A DNA stretch of 60,405 nucleotides, the filler included, from Candidatus Omnitrophota bacterium (GTDB taxonomy: Bacteria; Omnitrophota; Gorgyraeia; JAGLLT01), in assembly GCA_023140385.1 (NCBI GenBank). It is 4 parts of 4 records of this genome, joined end to end, with 100 filler letters (N's around TTAATTAATTAA, not from the genome) between each part and the next. Parts side by side here need not be neighbours in the genome. Positions count along the whole stretch, not along the records: positions 1 to 22,347 come from JAGLLT010000022.1; 3 more parts are not named here. One strand, 5' to 3'. The notes beneath the pieces were generated by a model. The model searched no databases. It was not told where the DNA came from and was given only the letters and a program-made list of their open reading frames with translations. Both the position numbers and the translations under genes were made by a program. Of this stretch, positions 9,907 through 18,759 are shown one piece after another (the first letter of the stretch is position 1; every line of letters starts with the position of its first letter).

Positions 9907-11370
9907 ATGAATAAAGGAAGATTGTCTCAACGTGTTGCCAAAGGTGGCTTTTGGGTTTTTTTACTAAGAGCAATTCAGCAATTACTTAATCTGGGTAGGC
10001 TTATAATTCTTGCTCGTATTCTCGCTCCTCACGATTTTGGTCTAATGGGAATTGCGTTATTAACTATGGCAATATTAGAGACGTTTTCGCAAACAGGTTT
10101 TCAGCAGGCCTTAATTCAGAAAAAGGGCGATATTGAGACTTATCTTGATAGCGCGTGGACAGTTTTAGTTCTGCGCGGAATTGCTTTGTTTGCTATCTTG
10201 TTTTTTGTCGCGCCTTATGCGGCGATGTTTTTCAAAGTTTCCGCGGCAGCATTGATAATCAGAGTTATCGGATTATCAATATTATTTCAGTCTTTTACAA
10301 ACATCGGTGTTATCTATTTTCAAAAAGAATTAGAGTTCAATAAACAGTTTGTTTATCAATTAAGCGGTGTTCTGACAGATTTTATAGTAGCAGTTTCGGC
10401 TGCTTTAATATTGAAAAGTGTCTGGGCTCTTGTTTTTGGTTTGGTGGCGGGAAATTTTGTGAGGTTTATTGTAAGTTATTTAATACACCCTTACAGGCCT
10501 CGTTTAAGCAGAGATTTGAAAAAAGCGAGGGGGCTTTTTGGCTTTGGTAAATGGGTTTTTGGTTCAAGTATACTAATATTTTTGCTTACGCAAGGAGATG
10601 ATATTTTTGTCGGGAAATTACTCGGTGTAACAGCCTTAGGTTTTTATCAGATGGCTTATCTTATTTCAAATATACCGGCAACGGAGATTAGTCACGTAAT
10701 TTCTAAAGTGACGTTTCCCGCTTATTCAAAAATACAAGATGATTTACCTAAATTAAAAAAAGCTTATTTGAAAGTTTTACAATTTACAGCATTTTTATCT
10801 TTTCCGATAGCAGGGCTAACATTTATTTTAGCTCCTGATTTTACTAAAATATTCTTGGGAGAAAAATGGATGCCTATGGTGCCAGCGATGCAAGTGTTAT
10901 GTATTTTCGGAGTTACAAGAGCGATAAATGCAACAACTGGTCCAATTTTTCAAGGAATAGGTAAACCAAATATTAGTACAGTCGGGTCTTTAGTTCAATT
11001 AGTTATATTTATTGCAATAATCTATCCTTTAACATATAAATGGGGTATCTTGGGAACTTCTATAGCCGTTATTATACCAAATATTTTGTTTATGCTCTAT
11101 GTAAGTAAGGGATTAACAAAGATTATGAATTATAAATTGATAATCCTCATGCGTTCTTTAGTTGTTCCAATTATTGGAAGTACCATTATGTGTACTCTTA
11201 TATTCTTTCTTAAGTTTAAAATTTGGAGCCAAGAATCTTTATTTAGCCTTTTAATCTTTACACTTTTTGGAATAGCTATATATCTTACCGTGATACATAT
11301 AGCAGATAAAATTTTTTGGCAAGAATTAATAAGTAACTCGAAACAATTTTTTTCAGGAAGGAAAGTATGA
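9907..11370 (+). CDS. wzx: Polysaccharide flippase (Wzx/WzxC, MOP family)
   Basis: About 12-14 hydrophobic segments; LARILAPHDFGL, GVTALGFYQMAY, VTFPAYSKIQ. Confidence 0.9.
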   Translation: MNKGRLSQRVAKGGFWVFLLRAIQQLLNLGRLIILARILAPHDFGLMGIALLTMAILETFSQTGFQQALIQKKGDIETYLDSAWTVLVLRGIALFAILFFVAPYAAMFFKVSAAALIIRVIGLSILFQSFTNIGVIYFQKELEFNKQFVYQLSGVLTDFIVAVSAALILKSVWALVFGLVAGNFVRFIVSYLIHPYRPRLSRDLKKARGLFGFGKWVFGSSILIFLLTQGDDIFVGKLLGVTALGFYQMAYLISNIPATEISHVISKVTFPAYSKIQDDLPKLKKAYLKVLQFTAFLSFPIAGLTFILAPDFTKIFLGEKWMPMVPAMQVLCIFGVTRAINATTGPIFQGIGKPNISTVGSLVQLVIFIAIIYPLTYKWGILGTSIAVIIPNILFMLYVSKGLTKIMNYKLIILMRSLVVPIIGSTIMCTLIFFLKFKIWSQESLFSLLIFTLFGIAIYLTVIHIADKIFWQELISNSKQFFSGRKV

Positions 11371-12041
11371 TGACTTGCGATAAACATAGTTTTAATCCCT
11401 CATATATTGGATGCAGAGAGGATATTTTAAGTTTAATTCCTGAAGGTGTTAAAAAGGTTCTGGATGTTGGTTGTAGCATTGGATCAACTGGAGAGCGGTT
11501 AAAGCAAAAATTTGGAGCCGAAGTTACAGGCATTGAGATTGATGAACAAATGGCCAAAGTTGCAAAGGGGAAATTGGACAGAGTGATATTGGGAGACTTA
11601 GATGGGATCAAATTAGAAGATATTTTGACACCTGACTATTTTGACTGTATAATTCTTGCAGATGTGTTGGAACACTTGAAAGATCCTTGGAGAATATTAA
11701 AAGATATTACAACTTTTTTGAGTAACGATGGTGTTGTAATTGCAAGTATTCCCAACGTAAGACATTACACTACTATAATTAATCTTCTTTTTTCAGGATA
11801 TTGGCCATATAGAGAACGAGGTATTCATGATAAGACACATTTAAGATTTTTTACTTTGAAAAGTATAAAAGAGTTATTTCGATACGCAAATTTAAGAATT
11901 ATTCAACTCAAAAGAAATTATAGAATTATTGAAAAACCACATATATATAATAGGCTTTCTAAGTGTCTTTGTTTTCCATTGGTTCGAGAACTTTTTGTAT
12001 TCCAATATTTAGTTGTGGCAAAAAAATTAAAAAAAGAGTGA
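11367..12041 (+). CDS. Class I SAM-dependent methyltransferase
   Basis: VLDVGCSIG motif I, FDCIILADVLEHLKDP, SIPN, THLRFFT. Confidence 0.9.
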   Translation: MMTCDKHSFNPSYIGCREDILSLIPEGVKKVLDVGCSIGSTGERLKQKFGAEVTGIEIDEQMAKVAKGKLDRVILGDLDGIKLEDILTPDYFDCIILADVLEHLKDPWRILKDITTFLSNDGVVIASIPNVRHYTTIINLLFSGYWPYRERGIHDKTHLRFFTLKSIKELFRYANLRIIQLKRNYRIIEKPHIYNRLSKCLCFPLVRELFVFQYLVVAKKLKKE

Positions 12042-12048
12042 AGAAACT

Positions 12049-13065
12049 ATGAAGAAAAAAATAGCCAAATTTTTTAAAAGTATAGTTCTTAAAAAAAAGA
12101 GAAATTTGATAGAGCGAATTTTAGTTCTGATTGTTTTTAGATACGAGAAGTTAAAAAATATTCTTAGTGAGAACAATAGTAAGACTGCATCCAAAATGTA
12201 TTATCAAATTCTAAACTTAGAGAGAAACATTATTGGAGGGAAATATAGTTTTGTATCTGTTAATGAATTATTGATATGGACTACCGAATGGATAAAATCT
12301 TTTCCGACTACTTACGATGTTGTAGTTGGAATACCCAGAAGCGGGTTGCTGGTTGCTAATATGGTTGCATTAAAACTTGGGAAACCATTAACCACACCAG
12401 AACTTTTTGAGCAATCTCTCTATTGGGAAAGCAAGTTAATTAATAAAAAGGGAGACTATAAAAACATTTTGTTAATTGATGACAGCATTACCAACGGTAC
12501 GGCCATGGAAGAAAGTTTCAATTTTTTATGCTCATCTCGTGAAAATCTAAATATAACTAAAGCGGTTTTGATTGCTACTGAGGATTCAAAACATTTAGTT
12601 GATATATATTACAAAATTATACCAAATCCAAGAATATTTGAATGGAATCTCGTGCATTCGAAAAAAGGTAAATTTGCTACGGATTTAGATGGGGTGATTT
12701 GTGAAAATTGCCCACCTGGCGTTGACTCAAATGAAGAATTGTATGTTAAATGGATAAAAAACGCTAAGCCTTATCTTCTTCCGACTTTTGAAATTGATGT
12801 AATTGTATCAAACAGGTTAGAGAAATATAGGTTTGGTACGGAAAAATGGTTAGCTAAATACGGAATTTGTTATAAAAAGTTAATTTTATGGAATATTGAA
12901 TCTAAGCAAAAGCGGTATGGGAAATATGCACAGCGTAAAATAGAACTTCTTTTAAAAATTAAACCAAGTATATTTTGGGAAAGTAGTTTTGGCGAAGCGA
13001 AGAAAATCTGGAAAGTTACAAAAATACCAACTCTGTGTATTGATGAGATGGTTTTATTTAATTAG
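12049..13065 (+). CDS. Phosphoribosyltransferase-HAD phosphatase fusion protein
   Basis: VVGIPRSG and ILLIDDSITNG (type I PRTase PRPP loop), followed by ATDLDGVIC (HAD DxD motif I). Confidence 0.75.
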   Translation: MKKKIAKFFKSIVLKKKRNLIERILVLIVFRYEKLKNILSENNSKTASKMYYQILNLERNIIGGKYSFVSVNELLIWTTEWIKSFPTTYDVVVGIPRSGLLVANMVALKLGKPLTTPELFEQSLYWESKLINKKGDYKNILLIDDSITNGTAMEESFNFLCSSRENLNITKAVLIATEDSKHLVDIYYKIIPNPRIFEWNLVHSKKGKFATDLDGVICENCPPGVDSNEELYVKWIKNAKPYLLPTFEIDVIVSNRLEKYRFGTEKWLAKYGICYKKLILWNIESKQKRYGKYAQRKIELLLKIKPSIFWESSFGEAKKIWKVTKIPTLCIDEMVLFN

Positions 13066-13180
13066 TACAAGTTTACGATGGTTGTTTATTTTATGACTAT
13101 GACTATACGGAAAAAGTCTTAATAGAAATATTCAGGAAACACAAAGAAGTTAATAAAAATTATAGGTCGTAAATAATAAG

Positions 13181-14269
13181 ATGGACATATCCTTCATACT
13201 TCCAGCGATTAATATATCAGGTGGAGTAAGATCCATGCTTCAGTTGGCAAATCGATTGCAGGATAAAGGTCACAATGTTTCTGTAATATATCCTTTGATA
13301 TTTATGCCATCTGGAGAGAAGTGGTATGATTTTAGAAAATTAGCGAAGAGAACAAAGGAAACTATTGATAATCTTAAGTGTGGCAATCGTATAGATTGGT
13401 TTAATCTAAAAGCAAATTTAATAAGAGTACCAACGTTAGCAGAGAGGTATATTCCGAAAGGCGATATTATTGTAGCAACTTGGTGGGCGAATGCTTATCA
13501 TGTTAACAGTTATGGAACGGATAAAGGTAAAAAGTTTTATTTTATCCGGCATTATGAGGTTTGGGGCGGACCTGAAAAATTAGTTAATAAAACCTATACC
13601 CTTCCTCTTCATAAAATAGTTACTTCCACATGGCTAAAGAATCTCATTGAGAAAAAGTTTAATGTTTCCACTTTTGGGCCCATGCCAAATGGTGTTAATT
13701 TTAATCTTTTTTATAGAGAAAAAGAGGGATTCAAATATCATAGTCCCAAACGAGTGGGCATGCTATATAGAACTTATAAGTGGAAAGGGTTGCGTGATGG
13801 CCTTAAAGCCTTTCTGATTGCAAAAAGAAAACATCCGAACATCAAACTAGTTTTATTTGGTAAAAAGCTTACATCGGATGATATAAAAATTATTAAAGAT
13901 ATAGATAGCGTGGAAATGCATTTGTGGCCACATAAAGAAAAATTACGGGAAATTTATAATTCCTTAGATATATTTGTGTTTCCGAGTCATTGTGAGGGTT
14001 TTGGCAACCCACCTATGGAGGCAATGGCTTGTGGCGCGGCGTGTGTTACCACAAACGTAGGAGCTATACCAGACTATACCATTCCCGGAAAGACAGCTTT
14101 AGTTTCAGCTCCCAAAAGGGTAGAATTATTAGCTCAAAATATAATTAATTTATTAGAAAATGAGAAGAAACGAGAACAAATAGCAAAAAACGGATACAAT
14201 CATATTAAACAATTTACTTGGGATAACACCGTGAATCAATTAGAAAATATTTTTAAGAAATGTATTTAA
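13181..14269 (+). CDS. Glycosyltransferase family 4
   Basis: SGGVR, DIIVATWW, FVFPSHCEGFGNPPMEAMACG. Confidence 0.92.
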   Translation: MDISFILPAINISGGVRSMLQLANRLQDKGHNVSVIYPLIFMPSGEKWYDFRKLAKRTKETIDNLKCGNRIDWFNLKANLIRVPTLAERYIPKGDIIVATWWANAYHVNSYGTDKGKKFYFIRHYEVWGGPEKLVNKTYTLPLHKIVTSTWLKNLIEKKFNVSTFGPMPNGVNFNLFYREKEGFKYHSPKRVGMLYRTYKWKGLRDGLKAFLIAKRKHPNIKLVLFGKKLTSDDIKIIKDIDSVEMHLWPHKEKLREIYNSLDIFVFPSHCEGFGNPPMEAMACGAACVTTNVGAIPDYTIPGKTALVSAPKRVELLAQNIINLLENEKKREQIAKNGYNHIKQFTWDNTVNQLENIFKKCI

Positions 14270-14331
14270 TTAATAAAAATATTCATAGAGGCTCTTATTG
14301 AAATCTATTGAAAATTATAAAATGGTAAATT

Positions 14332-15453
14332 ATGAAAATAGCGACTGTGATAGGATGGGGACATAAGGCGGGTGGTGCAAGAAGGACTGCCGTAAGCACA
14401 CTTTTAGAGATGGCCCGTTTATGTCCTGATAATCAGTATGTTGTTTATAGTAACTCTATACATACCCAGCTTAATAATACAGCTGTTTTGCAAGAAGCGC
14501 TTAAAGCTCCTTCATTAGTGCCTCAGGTAATATGGGATCAGTTCCTTTTCCCGCATATAGCAGTCCCTCTGGCTGCCGGGAAATTTAAACCGGAGGTTAT
14601 TCATTATACCAATAACATCGTTTCATGTTGTGGTTCCGCGCCGGCGGTTGTCTCTATTTACGATATGTCGCCATTTGTCCTTCCGAAATCATTTATCTAT
14701 TTACATGGAGTTTATCAAAGGGCTTATTTTCGCTTTGCGGTTAAGAAGGCAGCTAAGATAATAACCATATCTGAGAATTCAAAGACTGATATCTGCCGGA
14801 TATTAAAAATCAATGAGAAGAAAATTGTTGTCATTCCACTTGCAGCGAATATTGCAGAGGAGACTGGGTCGATTGATGAAGTAACAGTGAATTTACAAAC
14901 CAGGTTTGGCATAACTGCGCCTTTTATTCTTTATGCCGGTCCTATCCACCCTCGAAAAAATGTAGGCCGGCTTATAGAGGCTTATGCTCAACTGAAAATG
15001 TCAAAAGGAATACCGCATCAGCTGGTAATAGCTGGTTCTTTGCGCTGGAAAGGAAAGGAAGCTATCCAAGTTGAATCGCTTAACAAGGTTAAAGAAGATG
15101 TCATTTTTACCGGCGGAGTTACGGACAGCGATTTGGTTAACTTATATAAGAGTTGCGATGTTTTTGTTTATCCTTCTCTTTATGAAGGATTTGGATTGCC
15201 GGTATTGGAAGCTATGTCATTGGGGGCTGCGGTTGTAACCTCAAATACATCATCCTTACCTGAAGTAGCAGGAGATGCCGCGATATTGGTAAATCCACGA
15301 GAAGTTACTGATGTCTCCCGGGGTATATGGAAAATACTTGATGAACCTGAATTCGCCAAACAACTTCGCAAAAAAGGCATGGAACAGGCCAAACAATTTT
15401 CATGGAAGAACACAGCGGAAAAAGTTCTTAAGGTATTTGAGTCCGTGGTATAA
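14332..15453 (+). CDS. Glycosyltransferase family 4 (MtfB-like)
   Basis: PRKNVGRLIEAY, VYPSLYEGFGLPVLEAM, SSLPEVAGDAA. Confidence 0.93.
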   Translation: MKIATVIGWGHKAGGARRTAVSTLLEMARLCPDNQYVVYSNSIHTQLNNTAVLQEALKAPSLVPQVIWDQFLFPHIAVPLAAGKFKPEVIHYTNNIVSCCGSAPAVVSIYDMSPFVLPKSFIYLHGVYQRAYFRFAVKKAAKIITISENSKTDICRILKINEKKIVVIPLAANIAEETGSIDEVTVNLQTRFGITAPFILYAGPIHPRKNVGRLIEAYAQLKMSKGIPHQLVIAGSLRWKGKEAIQVESLNKVKEDVIFTGGVTDSDLVNLYKSCDVFVYPSLYEGFGLPVLEAMSLGAAVVTSNTSSLPEVAGDAAILVNPREVTDVSRGIWKILDEPEFAKQLRKKGMEQAKQFSWKNTAEKVLKVFESVV

Positions 15454-15507
15454 TTTTAGCGACGATAGGAAATTGTATAAATATAAATAATTTGTTGATT
15501 TAAAAAG

Positions 15508-16446
15508 ATGGAAAAAGATCCTAAAATTGCAATAATAATTCTTAACTGGGATGGATTTGATGATACTGTTGAGTGTCTTGAATCTTTGAAGAAATTAGAC
15601 TATGACAATTTCAAAATCGTTCTGGTAGATAATAATTCAAAGAACAACCAGGGTAGTAGACTTAAGGAAATATTTCCGCATGTGCATTTAATTAGAAATA
15701 AAATAAATAGAGGGTTTGCAGGTGGAAATAATGATGGGATTAAATGGGCGCAGGAAAATGGATTCAGGTATGTATGGCTTTTGAATAATGATGTGGTTGT
15801 CGAAAGAGAATCACTAAAATATCAGATTTCGCATTTCAAGGATGAGAATGTAGGTGCCGTAGGTTCAAAAATAAAAATTTACGGTACTGATTTAATTTGG
15901 TCAAAAGGGATTTATCTGTTAAAAATTTCATTTTTGCCGCCTAAAATCAATTTTTTTTCTAATATTGACGAGGGTAAAAAAGATACTGTTTACGAAACTA
16001 CCCGAGAACTAAAATATATTTCGGGTTGCTCCATTTTATTAAAGACGAAACTGAAAAATATTTTTTTTGATGAAAAATTTTTTGCCTATTGTGAGGATAT
16101 GGATTTATGTCATAGGATGAGGAAAGAAGGCTATAAATTGCTATATGAGCCAAGATCGGTTGTTTACCATAAAATTCTTCGTAGTTATGGCGGAAGAAAG
16201 TTTAGTAAGACAGCAGCATACTATAGCTACAGAAACAAACTTATTTTTTTAAATGACATATATCCAAAATATATCCTATTTTTGATATCACCTTTTTATT
16301 TAGCCTGTTTTATTCGAGATATCTTTAGAATTGTAGTATTTTATAAGAGTAAGAAAGTTTTTTCGAGATCTATATTGATGGGGTTTAATGATGGCCTTAA
16401 GTATATTTTAGAAAATAAAAATTCTGAGGGTCGAAGTAAAAAATAA
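15508..16446 (+). CDS. Glycosyltransferase family 2 (WbbL/rhamnosyltransferase-like)
   Basis: IILNWDG, VDNNS, NRGFAGGNN, LLNND, FFAYCEDMD. Confidence 0.92.
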   Translation: MEKDPKIAIIILNWDGFDDTVECLESLKKLDYDNFKIVLVDNNSKNNQGSRLKEIFPHVHLIRNKINRGFAGGNNDGIKWAQENGFRYVWLLNNDVVVERESLKYQISHFKDENVGAVGSKIKIYGTDLIWSKGIYLLKISFLPPKINFFSNIDEGKKDTVYETTRELKYISGCSILLKTKLKNIFFDEKFFAYCEDMDLCHRMRKEGYKLLYEPRSVVYHKILRSYGGRKFSKTAAYYSYRNKLIFLNDIYPKYILFLISPFYLACFIRDIFRIVVFYKSKKVFSRSILMGFNDGLKYILENKNSEGRSKK

Positions 16447-16485
16447 TAGTTCAATTGTGGTATTATAGGGAAGAAAAAAAGGTAA

Positions 16486-16534
16486 TTTGAGTATATATCC
16501 CCCCTTGTTTTCTAAAGAAAGCACGCAGGGGGAT
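16486..16534 (+). repeat. GC-clamp hairpin (module P), copy 1
   Basis: TTTGAGTATATATCCCCCCTTGTTTTC-TAAA-GAAAGCACGCAGGGGGAT; near-identical to 59751-59800. Confidence 0.88.
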
Positions 16535-16625
16535 TAATTCCCGCCTACGCTGAAGCTACGGCAGGCAAGCGGGCTTATCAGTTATGTTCACACTACGCGT
16601 TCCATAACAAATGCTTTTAATAGGA
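16531..16625 (+). repeat. Module R copy B (degenerate, interrupted by a 30-nt palindromic insert at 16540-16569)
   Basis: Removing 16540-16569 restores TTAATTCGGGCTTATCAGTTATG...CATAAC, collinear with copy A. Confidence 0.82.
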
Positions 16626-16680
16626 ATTTCCGTCTCGAAAGATGTTGTAAAATTCTTTTTAACAATTTTACAACTCTCGG

Positions 16681-16746
16681 CGGAATTAATTCGGGCTTAT
16701 CATTTACACCAACTTCGTTGTTGTAAATGATGCCCTCATTAAGGAG
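16681..16746 (+). repeat. Module R copy C, supplying the lemA RBS
   Basis: CGGAATTAATTC-GGGCTTATCATTTACA-CCAACTTCGTTGT-TGTAAATGATGCCC-TCATTAAGGAG. Confidence 0.88.
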
Positions 16747-16755
16747 GATAGAAAG

Positions 16756-17316
16756 ATGATTGCGCTTATTGTTATTATTGCTGTGGTTGTTGTTTTTTGG
16801 GTAGTTTTGTATAACACTATGGTGGGGAAGAAGAATCAGGTTAATAATGTTTTTGCTACAATTGATGCCCTGCTTAAAAAAAGATACGATCTGATTCCAA
16901 ATCTTGTGGCTACGGTTCAGCAGTATATGGAGCATGAAAGAGGCACGCTTACGGATATTACCGAGTTAAGGGCTAAGGCCGTATCCGGCAATGTGTCGGA
17001 GAATGAAAGAGTTAACCTTGAAAACAAAATGTCAAAACTGCTCGGCGGCATTATGGTGGCCGTTGAGAATTATCCGCAATTAAAGGCCAATGAAAACTTT
17101 ATGCAGTTACAGAAGTCTATGAATGAGATTGAAGAGCAGATATCGGCTGCCAGGCGTTCCTATAACGCCGCTGTTACCGATTACAATAACGCCGTTGAGA
17201 TGGTGCCGACTAATATGCTGGCATCAATTATGGGCTACAAACTGAGGGAGTTGTTTGAAATTCCCGAGACACAGAGAGAAAACGTAAATGTAAAAGAGCT
17301 TTTTAAAAAAGATTAA
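16756..17316 (+). CDS. lemA: LemA family protein
   Basis: N-terminal TM, LKKRYDLIPNLV, ENYPQLKANENF, ARRSYN. Confidence 0.95.
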   Translation: MIALIVIIAVVVVFWVVLYNTMVGKKNQVNNVFATIDALLKKRYDLIPNLVATVQQYMEHERGTLTDITELRAKAVSGNVSENERVNLENKMSKLLGGIMVAVENYPQLKANENFMQLQKSMNEIEEQISAARRSYNAAVTDYNNAVEMVPTNMLASIMGYKLRELFEIPETQRENVNVKELFKKD

Positions 17317-17339
17317 CAATAATTTTTAGGTAAATAACT

Positions 17340-18299
17340 ATGAAAACCTTAGAAGAACTGGGCGGGTATTATAATGCTGTTTTGATGCCTGAATTGCGGG
17401 TGATTGAAGAAAAGAGAAAAAAGGTTCTAAAAAAAGTTTTCCTGTGGGGCGGATCAATATGCGGCTTGTTTTGCCTTATTCTTGTTGGTTTAATTTTACT
17501 GGGTTTAGGCTTTCAGTTTATTATTTTCGCGGTGGTGGGGCTCGCGGCCGCTTTGGGGCTGACCTTTCGCCTGCTTACCGCGAATTATACCGGAGAGTTT
17601 AAAACCAAGATTATAAAGAAGATTGTGAGTTTTATTGATGAAGGCCTGAGTTATTCTAAGGATGGCTGTATCCCGCGGGCGGACTTTATACTTAGCAAAA
17701 TCTTTCACCGCCGCCCCGACAGATATAGGGGCGATGACTATGTTTCAGGGATGATAGATAAGACTAAGTTAAGATTTTCCGAAGTTTACGCCGAATATGA
17801 GACCAGGGATTCAAAAGGCAACCGGCACTGGCATAAGTTGTTTAAAGGCCTTTTTTTCATTGCCGACTTTAATAAGGACTTTAAGGGAACTACAGTGGTG
17901 CTTCCTGATACGGCTGAAAGATTATTGGGCGGCCTTGGTTCTTTTTTCCAGAAGATGAACGTTGTTCGCGGCCAACTCATAAAACTGGAGGATCCTGAAT
18001 TTGAAAAGTTATTTGCTGTTTATGGCGACGATCAAATTGAGGCGCGTTATATTCTGTCTACCAGCCTGATGAAGAGAATAGTTGATTTTAAGAAGAAGAC
18101 AGGCAGGCAAATATATCTTTCCTTTGTCGGTTCATTGATATTTGTTGCCGTATCGTTCAGAAAAAACCTTTTTGAGCCCAACGTTTTTAAAACCGTACTT
18201 GACTTCGGGCAGATTTCAGAATATTATCAGGACCTTGAACTGGCCATAGGTGTTGTAGAGGATTTGAATCTGAATACCAGAATCTGGAGCAAACAATAG
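17340..18299 (+). CDS. DUF3137-type membrane protein (LemA partner)
   Basis: Two N-terminal TMs; [33 protein letters not shown]. Confidence 0.8.
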   Translation: MKTLEELGGYYNAVLMPELRVIEEKRKKVLKKVFLWGGSICGLFCLILVGLILLGLGFQFIIFAVVGLAAALGLTFRLLTANYTGEFKTKIIKKIVSFIDEGLSYSKDGCIPRADFILSKIFHRRPDRYRGDDYVSGMIDKTKLRFSEVYAEYETRDSKGNRHWHKLFKGLFFIADFNKDFKGTTVVLPDTAERLLGGLGSFFQKMNVVRGQLIKLEDPEFEKLFAVYGDDQIEARYILSTSLMKRIVDFKKKTGRQIYLSFVGSLIFVAVSFRKNLFEPNVFKTVLDFGQISEYYQDLELAIGVVEDLNLNTRIWSKQ

Positions 18300-18312
18300 C
18301 GGAGACAGAATT

Positions 18313-18729
18313 ATGAAGTCACATACTGAATATCTCTGGTTTCACACAAAGACCAAATACGCCTTTGTTAACATTAGCCGGCAGGTGGAAGAAATTATTG
18401 AAAAAAGTGGGATTAAAGAAGGGCTTTGTTTGGTTAACGCGATGCACATTACCGCCAGCGTTTTCATTAATGATGACGAGAGCGGCCTGCATAGGGACTT
18501 TGATAAGTGGCTTGAAGGCTTGGCGCCGCATGAACCGGTTTCACAGTACCGGCATAATAACGGTGAAGATAATGCTGACGCGCACCTGAAGCGCACAATA
18601 ATGGGGCGGGAGGTTGTAGTGGCCGTCACTGAAGGCAGGCTTGACTTCGGGCCATGGGAACAGATATTTTACGGTGAATTTGACGGACAGAGAAAAAAGC
18701 GCGTATTGGTCAAGATAATAGGAGAGTAA
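18313..18729 (+). CDS. yjbQ: YjbQ/UPF0047 family protein
   Basis: [40 protein letters not shown]. Confidence 0.92.
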   Translation: MKSHTEYLWFHTKTKYAFVNISRQVEEIIEKSGIKEGLCLVNAMHITASVFINDDESGLHRDFDKWLEGLAPHEPVSQYRHNNGEDNADAHLKRTIMGREVVVAVTEGRLDFGPWEQIFYGEFDGQRKKRVLVKIIGE

Positions 18730-18759
18730 CTTAAAATAACGGCAGAGGATGACCGAGTA

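Noticed and set aside
16588..16935. 115-aa minus-strand ORF and similar short overlapping ORFs
   Set aside because: Antisense to well-supported genes or repeats, with no independent motifs.
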